From positions 9,379 to 54,252 of the forward strand of contig CAZPWC010000004.1 in the NCBI GenBank assembly GCA_964590155.1: a stretch of 44,874 nt of DNA. The letters run 5' to 3'. The notes beneath the pieces were generated by a model. That model saw nothing but the letters and a program-made list of their open reading frames with translations. It had not been told where the DNA came from and ran no database searches. Below, in pieces: positions 25,857 through 33,952 of this stretch. Position 1 is the first letter of the stretch; every line of letters starts with the position of its first letter. Source of the stretch: an uncultured archaeon (GTDB taxonomy: Archaea > Iainarchaeota > Iainarchaeia > Iainarchaeales > JAAZKV01). Both the position numbers and the translations under genes were made by a program.

Positions 25857-26418
25857 GTGCTGGCAAAAAATTTGGTGTGATTTTGTGGATCCTAGATTAG
25901 AAGAAGCAGTTGCCTTAACTCCTCGCGACCGTGTGTATTCTGAAGTAGTGCGAAGTCCGGGGCTTCATTTTCGCGAGGTGCAGAGAAGAACTGGTTTGGC
26001 CACTGGCGCCCTACAATATCACCTTGATTATTTGAAAAAAAAGAACTTTGTTTACGAAAAAAAAGAGGGAAAATTTTCGCGTTTTTACTCGACCCAGGAA
26101 AAAAATGTTGACCCTTCTTTGATGAACTTATTGAGACAAGATCAGGTTAGAAAAATTGCTTTGATTTTGCTTCAAAAGAGAAGGGCGTCTTTACCTACTT
26201 TGAAAAAAGAAACAGGGATGAGTGTTTCTACCCTGAATTTTCATTTAAGCAAACTTGTGGTTTCCGGAATTGCTCAAAGTAAATCAATGCGTGGAAAAGA
26301 ATATTTTTTCATTAAAGATAAAGAGCCTTTGATAGATGTGCTGTACTCTTATCGCGAAAGTTTTTTGGATTCACTTGTTGATAGTTTTCTTGATTTGTGG
26401 GAAAAAGAGCTTAGGTAG
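25837..26418 (+). CDS. tandem winged-helix transcriptional regulator
   Basis: Two wHTH units (GLHFREVQRRTGLATGALQYHLDYLKKKNFV; ASLPTLKKETGMSVSTLNFHLSKLVVSGI). The start is either the track TTG at 25837 or the GTG at 25885. Confidence 0.7.
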   Translation: MQSLENKCWQKIWCDFVDPRLEEAVALTPRDRVYSEVVRSPGLHFREVQRRTGLATGALQYHLDYLKKKNFVYEKKEGKFSRFYSTQEKNVDPSLMNLLRQDQVRKIALILLQKRRASLPTLKKETGMSVSTLNFHLSKLVVSGIAQSKSMRGKEYFFIKDKEPLIDVLYSYRESFLDSLVDSFLDLWEKELR

Positions 26419-26475
26419 GGTCTTTTTTTTTAAAGGGATTTGTTAATTAATTTAGTTTTCTTTTTTTTGTTTTTA

Positions 26476-27285
26476 TTAAGCAATTATTGGCAAAACAATA
26501 GAAATAACTGCTACTAAAATGTAAATTGCTCCAAGCGCTAGGCAAAATTTTCCAAAGTTTATTTTCTTAGCTATTTTTAATAAGAAATCAATTGTTAAGT
26601 AACCCACAATTGCTGCTGCAATTATTCCAAAAATCATTTCGGGGCTCAAAGCAGGTTGTTCTAGCAAGTTGAATGAAAGTTCTCCAAGAATTACTGTTGG
26701 GACTGAAATCAAAAAGCTTAGGTGAAATGCTTTTTCAGGAGCAAATCCTTCAAAAAGCATTATTGATGTTGTTGTTCCAGATCTACTCATCCCAGGAAGG
26801 ACAGTTAATCCTTGCCCTAAGCCTAAAAATAAAGCATTTTTGTCGGTAAGCTTTGCTTCTTTGATTTTTTTCTTTGCCAATTGAAGAAACCCTGTTATTA
26901 TTAAAAAAAATCCAACTACTAAGACAAAAATTGTTTGTGAATAAATAGTCAAACCGAATAGCTCAAGCGAGGATGTTTCGAGTATTTTTTTTAGTAAAAT
27001 ATAGTTCGGCAAGGCCATTACTCCGGTGAAAATTAATGTAATTATGATAAATCTTAAGAGTTGTTTGTTTTCTCCGCGTGCAAGTTCGGCAATTTCTTTT
27101 CGGAAGTAAATTAACGCAGCAAGAAAGGTTCCTATGTGAAGAATTATTGCGTAAGCAAAAGCGTCAGTTGTGTTCATGCCAAGTAATTGCCCTAGTATCG
27201 CAACATTTCCTTTGCTTGAGACGGGAAGCCACTCAGTTATTCCTTGAACTATTCCAAGTAATATGCTTTCAAGCACCCCTACCAC
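26476..27285 (-). CDS. uppP: undecaprenyl-diphosphate phosphatase
   Basis: GIVQGITEWLPVSSKGN and PGMSRSGTT motifs in a protein with about 8 TM helices. Confidence 0.9.
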   Translation of the reverse strand: MVGVLESILLGIVQGITEWLPVSSKGNVAILGQLLGMNTTDAFAYAIILHIGTFLAALIYFRKEIAELARGENKQLLRFIIITLIFTGVMALPNYILLKKILETSSLELFGLTIYSQTIFVLVVGFFLIITGFLQLAKKKIKEAKLTDKNALFLGLGQGLTVLPGMSRSGTTTSIMLFEGFAPEKAFHLSFLISVPTVILGELSFNLLEQPALSPEMIFGIIAAAIVGYLTIDFLLKIAKKINFGKFCLALGAIYILVAVISIVLPIIA

Positions 27286-27377
27286 AATATCATCTTCTCA
27301 AAAATAACTTTTTTCTTGTCAAATATTAGCTCTGAAAGTATTTTAAATTCAGTTAGCGCAATAGTATTGGGTTGTTG

Positions 27378-27950
27378 ATGGTTTCTTCTTTGCTTCTTTT
27401 TAGGCACGGCGCTCTTGATACTAAAGAGAATATTTTTTGCGGATGGCTTGATATTCATTTGAACAAAAAAGGAATTAAAGAAGCAAAAATTCTTGCAAGA
27501 AAAATGCGAAAAGAAAAAATAGATTTTGCTTTTTGCTCTGATCATTTGCGGAGCAAACAATGTCTTGTCGAAGTTTTAAAATACCATAAAAAAGCAAAAG
27601 TTATTGTTGATCATCGCCTGCGTGAAAGACATTACGGCGCATTGACTGGGCATAGTAAATTAATGGCGAAAGTAATGCTTGAAGAACATTTTCAAAAAAT
27701 TCATCGAGGTTATCACACTAATATTCCTTCAGGAGAGAGTTTTAATCAGGTCAGCAAAAGAGTTTTTGCTTTTATGAATGAGTTGTTGAGATTTATGCAG
27801 AAAAATAATTGCAGTGTTGCAATAAGCGCTCATAGTGCTTCTTCGCGTTTAATTCAACAGTACCTTGAGGGGCTTTTGGTAAAAGAAGCAGAAAAACTTG
27901 AGCATCATCCTGAAAAGTATAAGAAATATTTGATAACATTTATTGAATAG
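27378..27950 (+). CDS. histidine phosphatase (phosphoglycerate mutase) family protein
   Basis: LLLFRHGALDTKENIFCGWLD (RHG motif) and a C-terminal SAHSAS (His) motif. Confidence 0.75.
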   Translation: MVSSLLLFRHGALDTKENIFCGWLDIHLNKKGIKEAKILARKMRKEKIDFAFCSDHLRSKQCLVEVLKYHKKAKVIVDHRLRERHYGALTGHSKLMAKVMLEEHFQKIHRGYHTNIPSGESFNQVSKRVFAFMNELLRFMQKNNCSVAISAHSASSRLIQQYLEGLLVKEAEKLEHHPEKYKKYLITFIE

Positions 27951-27986
27951 TTCTTTTTGATTTTTCTTTATTCTTTTTTATTTTTT

Positions 27987-28973
27987 TTAAAGTTTGAATC
28001 CTGCAGCAACTAAGATAGGGAAAGTAATTGTTGCTTCTCCCCAAACTTTTACAGAATTTCCATCGTGGGCAGCTTTTCCCCAACTTTTTGCTTCTTCAGG
28101 ATTTGCTCCAGCGTTGCTTCCTTCTCCTTCATATCCTGTGTTTAAATAAACTGTATAATCAGCTCCTTCTCTTGTCATGCACGCATTCATTATGAAGTGT
28201 TTTGGCACGCTTCCCCCAATAATTATTGCCCCAATTTTTTCTTGTGATAAAACAAAGTCATATATGTGCTCCACTTCTTTTACCATGTCAACAGCAAAGT
28301 CAGGGTGGTCTTTTTTGAAGAAATAAAAATGATCTCCTGTTGCCCCATCATTTATTGGCTCGCACAGCAAAGGAATATTATTTTTGTATGCCCAATAAGT
28401 AAAGCTCTCTTCAGCTTTTTTTGTTCCTTCGAGTTCTTTTCCTAGTGCTTTAACAATATCAATTCCTGTTATTGGTTTTCCTAGTTTTTTGTTTTGATCA
28501 TAAACCTTTTTTATTACTTCTTTGCAAAACTTTTCGTACCAAATATATCTTTCATTAGGGACAAAAATATTTCCTGTTCTATTAACCCCGCTTTTTCTCA
28601 ATTGTGCGCCATCAGCTTCAAATGATCCGTGCAAAAAATTTCCGTGAGTTTTTATTATGTCTTCTTCTAGTCCACCAGTACTTGTTACAACAAAATGCAC
28701 TAATTTATTTTTCACTAAATAAGTAATAATATCTCTTATTCCTGATGTGCTTATGTTTGAGGTAAAACCAAGAATTATTGTAGCTTTTTCTTTCCTCATT
28801 TTTTTTGTTAACTCAATTGCTTTTCCTAAATTTGTTGCTTGAAAACCAGTATCTTTAAATGAGTCAAAAAACTTTTTTGCCTCAAAGTTTTCGTCAAAAT
28901 TATATCCTTGTATTTTTCCTTCGCCAATTTCTTTGCTTTTCTTGTACAAAGCTTTTTTTGGATTAACCTTCAT
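27987..28973 (-). CDS. dys: deoxyhypusine synthase
   Basis: ILGFTSNISTSGIRDIITYLVKNKLVHFVVTSTGGLEEDIIK and GGSVPKHF. The ATG at 28973 is preferred over the GTG at 28982. Confidence 0.9.
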   Translation of the reverse strand: MKVNPKKALYKKSKEIGEGKIQGYNFDENFEAKKFFDSFKDTGFQATNLGKAIELTKKMRKEKATIILGFTSNISTSGIRDIITYLVKNKLVHFVVTSTGGLEEDIIKTHGNFLHGSFEADGAQLRKSGVNRTGNIFVPNERYIWYEKFCKEVIKKVYDQNKKLGKPITGIDIVKALGKELEGTKKAEESFTYWAYKNNIPLLCEPINDGATGDHFYFFKKDHPDFAVDMVKEVEHIYDFVLSQEKIGAIIIGGSVPKHFIMNACMTREGADYTVYLNTGYEGEGSNAGANPEEAKSWGKAAHDGNSVKVWGEATITFPILVAAGFKL

Positions 28974-29008
28974 AAAAATCACTTTTTTTGTTTAATTTTA
29001 ATTAAAAG

Positions 29009-29082
29009 TGGGCAGCGGGAGATTTGAACTCCCGACCGCTCGATTATCAGTCGAGTGCTCCAACCGACTAAGCTAGCCGCCC
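29009..29082 (-). tRNA. tRNA-Ile (anticodon GAU)
   Basis: Manual cloverleaf: GGGCGGC/TA/GCTT-AGTCGGTTG-GAGC/A/CTCGA-CTGATAA-TCGAG/CGGTC/GGGAG-TTCAAAT-CTCCC/GCTGCCC/A. 74 nt, no encoded CCA. A TTTAAA box lies about 30 nt upstream. Confidence 0.9.
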
Positions 29083-29156
29083 ATTACTAAAAAGTTGCTG
29101 ACGGAAAGCTTTAAATTGCTACTTCCAACCAATATTTTAGTAGAGCGATTGATTAT

Positions 29157-29229
29157 AGCCCCTTCGTCCAGTGGCCAAGGATGCAGGCCTTTGAAGCCTG
29201 AGACCCCAGTTCGAATCTGGGAGGGGCTA
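29157..29229 (+). tRNA. tRNA-Gln (anticodon UUG)
   Basis: Manual cloverleaf: AGCCCCT/TC/GTCC-AGTGGCCAA-GGAT/G/CAGGC-CTTTGAA-GCCTG/AGAC/CCCAG-TTCGAAT-CTGGG/AGGGGCT/A. The A1-U72 pair is typical of archaeal tRNA-Gln. Confidence 0.9.
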
Positions 29230-29268
29230 ATTTTATTATAAAGTTTAATTCATTTTTTGTGATTTTTT

Positions 29269-30180
29269 ATGGTTAAAGTAAAAGTTCTTGTCGCGGGTTC
29301 TATTGGTTTGGATGAAATTAGCACTCCTTTTGGTTCGGTGAAAGATGTTCCTGGTGGATCAGCTACTTTCGCTTCTTTAGCTTCTTCTATTTTTTCAAAG
29401 ACAGCAATGCTTGGTTCTATTGGAAAGGACTTTCCAAAAGAAAAATTAAAAGTGTTTGAAAGTAAAGGAATTGATTTGAGCGCGTTGCAAGAAAATTCAC
29501 AAAAAAGTATGCGTTGGAAAGCTCATTATGGTGTTGATGTTAATGTTGCGCACACTGATTTGTTTGAAGCTAATGCTTTAGCTGAGTTAAGACCAGAAGT
29601 GCCTGAACAATTTAAAGAACTTGATTATGCTTTTATTGGGAATTTTGATCCAGATGCCCAACTCGCTTTGCTTTCTTCGTTCAAAAAGAAGCCAAAGGTT
29701 TTTGTTTCTGACACAATGGATTATTATATTAAAAGCAAAAAAGAAAAAGTTCTTGAAGTAGTGAAAGCCGCAGATATTGCTCTAATGAATGATTCTGAAG
29801 CAAGAATGCTTTTTAACACACCAAATTTAGCAAAAGCTGCGCAAGAAATATTAAAACTTAATTCAAAGTATGCCGTAATAAAAAAAGGAGAACATGGTTG
29901 TTTGTTGTTTTCAAAAAGTACTCACTTTTCCTGTATTGGTTATCCATTAGAAAATGTGCTGGACCCTACTGGTTGTGGAGATAGTTTTGCAGGGGCATTT
30001 ATAGGTTATCTTGCTTCTACTGAAGATTTTTCCGAAAAGAATTTGAGAAAAGCGATTGTTAGTGCTTCTGCTGTTGCTTCTTTTAACGCGGAATCCTTTT
30101 CGTTTGAAAGACTTTCCCAAGTTACAAAAAAAGATGTGAAAGAAAGGGTAAAAGAGTTCAAAGAATTTGCAAAATTTTGA
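29269..30180 (+). CDS. PfkB/ribokinase-family sugar or nucleoside kinase
   Basis: N-terminal GG motif (VPGGSATF) and C-terminal DPTGCGDSFAGAFIGYL. Confidence 0.8.
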   Translation: MVKVKVLVAGSIGLDEISTPFGSVKDVPGGSATFASLASSIFSKTAMLGSIGKDFPKEKLKVFESKGIDLSALQENSQKSMRWKAHYGVDVNVAHTDLFEANALAELRPEVPEQFKELDYAFIGNFDPDAQLALLSSFKKKPKVFVSDTMDYYIKSKKEKVLEVVKAADIALMNDSEARMLFNTPNLAKAAQEILKLNSKYAVIKKGEHGCLLFSKSTHFSCIGYPLENVLDPTGCGDSFAGAFIGYLASTEDFSEKNLRKAIVSASAVASFNAESFSFERLSQVTKKDVKERVKEFKEFAKF

Positions 30181-30257
30181 TAAATTCTTAGTAGTTTGAG
30201 GCATATCTTTATTTTTAAACATTTTGCAATTAAAAATGATTAAAGGAGGATTTATTT

Positions 30258-31067
30258 ATGGCACTTCTAGATTTAGTAATTGGCTTGTTCGCTGTTCTTT
30301 TTCCTTTGGTAGTAATTGTCCTGATAATTTTATTAATTTCAGGAATAAGAATTATTGCCCAGTGGGAAAGAGGCGTTCGATTCAGGCTAGGTAGATATAA
30401 AGACACTTTAGAGCCCGGATTTAGGCTTATAATACCCGTATTGGATTCAGTTAGGCGCGTTGATATTAGAATAATAACTATTGATATTCAACGACAACAA
30501 GTTATCACAAGAGATAATGTTCCAATAATGATTAATGGTGTTGTTTATTTCAGAGTGACTGATCCTGCAGCCGCTATCATAAAAGTACAGGAATATGAGT
30601 ACGCAATGTCACAGTATGCTCAAACAGCTCTAAGAGATGTTGTTGGAAGCAGAAACCTGGATGATGTTTTGACCGAAAGAGAAAGTATCGGAAGACAAAT
30701 TGAGGAAATAGTTGACAAAGCAACAGATCCTTGGGGTATCGAAGTAACTGAAATAAAGTTACAAGATGTTGATATGCCTGAAGATTTGAAGAGATTAATG
30801 TCTAGACAAGCTAGTTCTGAAAGAGAAAAAAGAGCTAACATAATTAAGTCCGAAGGAGATAGAATGGCTGCTGATAATTTATCAAAAGCGGCTACAATAA
30901 TGGCTAAAACTCCTGGAGCAATGCAGCTTAGAACTCTTCAAACAATTGATGGCTTAGGACCAACAGCAAGTAATACAGTAATAATGGCTGTGCCTGTTGA
31001 TATCCTTGAACTAGTTCAAAACCTTAACAAAGCATTAGGCAAATCTAAAAAAGCAAAGAAAAATTGA
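30258..31067 (+). CDS. SPFH/band-7 (stomatin-like) membrane protein
   Basis: N-terminal TM helix, then IIAQWERGVRFRLGRY...GFRLIIP...TRDNVPIMINGVVYFRV...ALRDVVG, the stomatin signature pattern. Confidence 0.9.
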   Translation: MALLDLVIGLFAVLFPLVVIVLIILLISGIRIIAQWERGVRFRLGRYKDTLEPGFRLIIPVLDSVRRVDIRIITIDIQRQQVITRDNVPIMINGVVYFRVTDPAAAIIKVQEYEYAMSQYAQTALRDVVGSRNLDDVLTERESIGRQIEEIVDKATDPWGIEVTEIKLQDVDMPEDLKRLMSRQASSEREKRANIIKSEGDRMAADNLSKAATIMAKTPGAMQLRTLQTIDGLGPTASNTVIMAVPVDILELVQNLNKALGKSKKAKKN

Positions 31068-31072
31068 TTTTG

Positions 31073-31106
31073 TTTTGGCGGCTTTGCCGCCAAAAACTAT
31101 TTTTTT
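31073..31106 (+). terminator. intrinsic-terminator-like hairpin (10-bp perfect stem, 3-nt loop) followed by T7
   Basis: TTTTGGCGGC-TTT-GCCGCCAAAA at 31073-31095, then ACTA and TTTTTTT (31100-31106). It begins 6 nt after the stomatin stop. Confidence 0.6.
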
Positions 31107-31225
31107 CAAAAATAAACAATATTTCTCAAAATGAACAATATTTTTCAAAAACAAGCAATATTTTTCAGAAGCAAACAAGGTTTTTTAAAAACAAGCAATA
31201 TTTTGTAGAAATAAACAACGTGCAT
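31107..31225. repeat. six abutting, degenerate 19-21-bp tandem repeats (consensus about CAAAAAYAARCAATATTTTT)
   Basis: Units at 31107-26, 31127-45, 31146-65, 31166-86, 31187-205 and 31206-25. Units 3 and 5 share an identical 18-mer, AAAAACAAGCAATATTTT. Confidence 0.8.
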
Positions 31226-31258
31226 CAGATATAAAAATAACAAAACAATTAGTTAGTT

Positions 31259-31726
31259 ATGTTCTGTATGGGTTTTATTGAGGGTGCGCAAAAAGAAGCT
31301 CTTTTTGGAATAAGGAAAAATCACGGAGGTCCTTTTGGTGCTGTTATTACAAAAGGAAATAAAGTAATTGCTTCCGCCCATAATGAGGTTTTGAAAACAA
31401 ATGATCCGACAATGCATGCGGAAATTAATGCGATAAGAAAAGCAACAAAAAAATTAAAAAGATTTGATTTAAGCGACTGTGTGTTGTACACTTCTTGCGA
31501 GCCCTGCCCTATGTGCTTTTCGGCAATTCATTGGGCAAGAATAAAAAAGGTTTATTATTACGCAGAACAAAGTGATGCAAAAAAAGCTGGTTTTGATGAC
31601 AAGTTATTTTATGATGTTCTCAAAGGAAAAAGAAAACCTGAATTTAAGTTAGTGAAAGTAAAAATGAGCCGTCCGTTGAAAGAGTTTGACGAATGGGCTA
31701 AAAAGAGCGATAAAAAGATTTACTAA
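31259..31726 (+). CDS. guaD: CDA-fold nucleoside/nucleobase deaminase, closest in pattern to GuaD-type guanine deaminase
   Basis: GGPFGAVITKGNKVIA...NDPTMHAEINAIRKA...LYTSCEPCPMCFSAIHWARIKKVYYYAE...AGFDD parallels Bacillus GuaD almost motif for motif. A TadA-like role is not excluded. Confidence 0.65.
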   Translation: MFCMGFIEGAQKEALFGIRKNHGGPFGAVITKGNKVIASAHNEVLKTNDPTMHAEINAIRKATKKLKRFDLSDCVLYTSCEPCPMCFSAIHWARIKKVYYYAEQSDAKKAGFDDKLFYDVLKGKRKPEFKLVKVKMSRPLKEFDEWAKKSDKKIY

Positions 31727-31821
31727 TTTAGTTAAAATTACTTGTTTTTTCCTTTTGTGGGTAAGCTTTTATTGCTTTTTAGCTTTGAGGGTTATAGAGC
31801 TTACTTTAGTTTGGTGTTTTG

Positions 31822-32286
31822 ATGAATGACGAGATTGTTGGAAAAGTTCGTCACATTATAGGGATAATTGTTTTTGATGGGGAAAGATTCTTGTTGCTTC
31901 GTCGTTGCTTGAATTGGCACGGCTGGGAATATGCTAAAGGGGGTATTGAGGAAAATGAAGGCTTTGAAGAAGCTATAAAGAGAGAACTTTTTGAAGAAAC
32001 TGGTCTTAAGAAGTACGAAGTTATTGGGAAAGTTAATGAAGTAGAGTTTTTTGATAATGTCAGAAAAGGAAAAGGGCATATGTTTAATTATTTAGTCAGG
32101 GTTTCAAGCAATTCAGTGGTTAAGTTAAATAATGAGCACGTTCTTGATTCAAAGGAAGTAAGAGAACATGATGATTTTAAATGGTGTTTCCCGCAAGAAG
32201 CACTAAAAAAATTGACTCATGCTGATACAAAAAAATCTTTGAGAGAAGCAATCAAGATGCTTGGGTTAAGTTTGAAAGAAAATTGA
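31822..32286 (+). CDS. Nudix hydrolase
   Basis: Canonical Nudix box GGIEENEGFEEAIKRELFEETGL. The ATG at 31822 lies one codon after the track TTG. Confidence 0.85.
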   Translation: MNDEIVGKVRHIIGIIVFDGERFLLLRRCLNWHGWEYAKGGIEENEGFEEAIKRELFEETGLKKYEVIGKVNEVEFFDNVRKGKGHMFNYLVRVSSNSVVKLNNEHVLDSKEVREHDDFKWCFPQEALKKLTHADTKKSLREAIKMLGLSLKEN

Positions 32287-32316
32287 GTTTGTGGAAATTA
32301 TTTTTGGTGATAAATT

Positions 32317-32520
32317 ATGGATTTGCCGTTTTTAGGGAAAAAAGAAGAAAAAATTGAGGACAAAGAAGAAGTTGATTCTGACGGAGATACAACTTCTGGA
32401 AAATATAACGAACCTTGCGGGGTTTGTGGAAAACAACCCACAGATAAACACTGGGCCGGGCAATACTTCCACAAAAAATGTTTTCGAAGAATGCGAAGAG
32501 CTGCGAAAGGAATGATTTGA
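32317..32520 (+). CDS. small acidic-then-basic protein with a C-x2-C...H-x2-C zinc-knuckle
   Basis: 67 aa with CGVCGKQPTDKHWAGQYFHKKC and a basic tail, RRMRRAAKG. It ends 5 nt before the convergent NAPRT-like gene. Confidence 0.45.
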   Translation: MDLPFLGKKEEKIEDKEEVDSDGDTTSGKYNEPCGVCGKQPTDKHWAGQYFHKKCFRRMRRAAKGMI

Positions 32521-32525
32521 AGTAT

Positions 32526-33932
32526 TTATCCTAAGTGGTGTTTTTTTAGTTTTTTGATAATTTCTTTTATTTCTTTACTTTCTTCTACAGGGTATTTTTG
32601 TTTTGAATAAATTGATTTTGAATCTTCTTGTAGTTTTGGGAAGTTTTTAAAAAATCTTTTTTTTGTTTCAAAAATGCTTTCTCTTTGAATTATTCTTTCC
32701 CCTTTTTTAATAAATTGTTTTAGCATTGCTTCTCCGAGTTTTTCTGTTTCAAGTCCGATTATGTCTTTTTTCATTTTTCCATTAGAGTTATAAATTCTAA
32801 ATATTTGTTTTCTTCCGGGGTAGGATTCTTTTCCTTTTGTTAATTTGGCTTTGTATTCAACTTTTCCATTAGGGTAAATTATCTCCGATATTTTGAAAAC
32901 CAGTTCAAGTGCTGGTGCGTCTGTAATATTTGTTACTTCAGTTACGCAAATATAATAATCAATGGGTGCTTTTTTGTCTTCGAGTTTTTTTATTTTGTAT
33001 TCTTGTAAGTTAGAAAAAGCGGTTATATTTACGTGTTTCAATCCGTTTTTGTCTAGTTCTTTTCGCATATACTTGGCGGATTTTATTATGTCTCCGCTAT
33101 CAATTGGTATTCTTATTTTTTCTTGTTCTTTGCGGGTTAAATGTTTCATTTCTTCTATGAGTGTTTTGAGTCCTTTTTTCATGTTGTAAGTATCAACCAT
33201 AATTGTCACCATTTGGGTTTTTGGAACAACTTCTTTGATAGCAATTTTGTATGCTTCTCTTTCTGTGTTAAAAGATTTTATTGTTGCGTGGTTTATGTTT
33301 GGTTGGAAAAAATAGTTTCCTTTATCAGCTTCTTTTGTTCTTTTGTAAAAGTTTGGTTGAATTGGACTTGCGTCTCCCGTAATAAAAGCGGCTTTTTGTC
33401 CTATAATTACTTGTTCAAACCCTTGTCCTCTTACAACCGCAACTGCTGGTGAAACTCTTTTTCCATTTGAGGCTGTTCTTACTCTTGAACCTTTTGTAAT
33501 TACTCTCATGGGGTAAGAGAACGCATTAAGCGCAAGGGCTGTCATTAGGTTTACTTGCCATAGCTGTCCTGAAATTCTTATTATTGGTTCTTTTGCAAAA
33601 AAGGGGACTCCTTCTTCTATTGACCATACATCTCCATCAAATTTAAAGTTCCTGTAAAGTTCTTCTTGTTCCTTGTCAACAAGATTCATTTTTCTTAGTA
33701 ACACAATATCTTCTTCGCTAAACTTAAAATTTTTTATGTGGGTAAGAAATCTATCCAGTCCGTACATTATTAAGTACCCCCAGTTTTTTGGCAAATCCCT
33801 AACAACTAAATCAAAGGTGGCTTCTTCCATTCCTTTCCCTGCTTTCATCCACATGATATTTCCAAGGAATATGTTTGCATATTCCATCATTGGGATGTCA
33901 TCTTCTGAGAAAGAGAATTGGTGTGTTTCCAT
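32526..33932 (-). CDS. nicotinate phosphoribosyltransferase-family protein, divergent (paralog 1)
   Basis: Type II PRTase layout: IMVDTYN, IPIDSGD, AFSNLQEYKI and a C-terminal KLTKGKESYPGRKQIFR. The start is probably the ATG at 33932 (METHQFSF, AAGGA 10 nt upstream); the track uses the GTG at 33956. Confidence 0.65.
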   Translation of the reverse strand: METHQFSFSEDDIPMMEYANIFLGNIMWMKAGKGMEEATFDLVVRDLPKNWGYLIMYGLDRFLTHIKNFKFSEEDIVLLRKMNLVDKEQEELYRNFKFDGDVWSIEEGVPFFAKEPIIRISGQLWQVNLMTALALNAFSYPMRVITKGSRVRTASNGKRVSPAVAVVRGQGFEQVIIGQKAAFITGDASPIQPNFYKRTKEADKGNYFFQPNINHATIKSFNTEREAYKIAIKEVVPKTQMVTIMVDTYNMKKGLKTLIEEMKHLTRKEQEKIRIPIDSGDIIKSAKYMRKELDKNGLKHVNITAFSNLQEYKIKKLEDKKAPIDYYICVTEVTNITDAPALELVFKISEIIYPNGKVEYKAKLTKGKESYPGRKQIFRIYNSNGKMKKDIIGLETEKLGEAMLKQFIKKGERIIQRESIFETKKRFFKNFPKLQEDSKSIYSKQKYPVEESKEIKEIIKKLKKHHLG

Positions 33933-33952
33933 GTTGGTCATTTCCTTAGTAG

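Noticed and set aside
31073-31095. The GC-rich hairpin as a mobile-element terminal repeat or att site
   Set aside because: It is a single copy in the window, sits 6 nt after a stop codon and is followed by a T7 run. The simplest reading is a transcription terminator.
31107-31225. Possible CRISPR array or minisatellite-encoded peptide
   Set aside because: The units abut directly with no spacers and are degenerate. No ORF spans them. They are reported as a tandem repeat instead.
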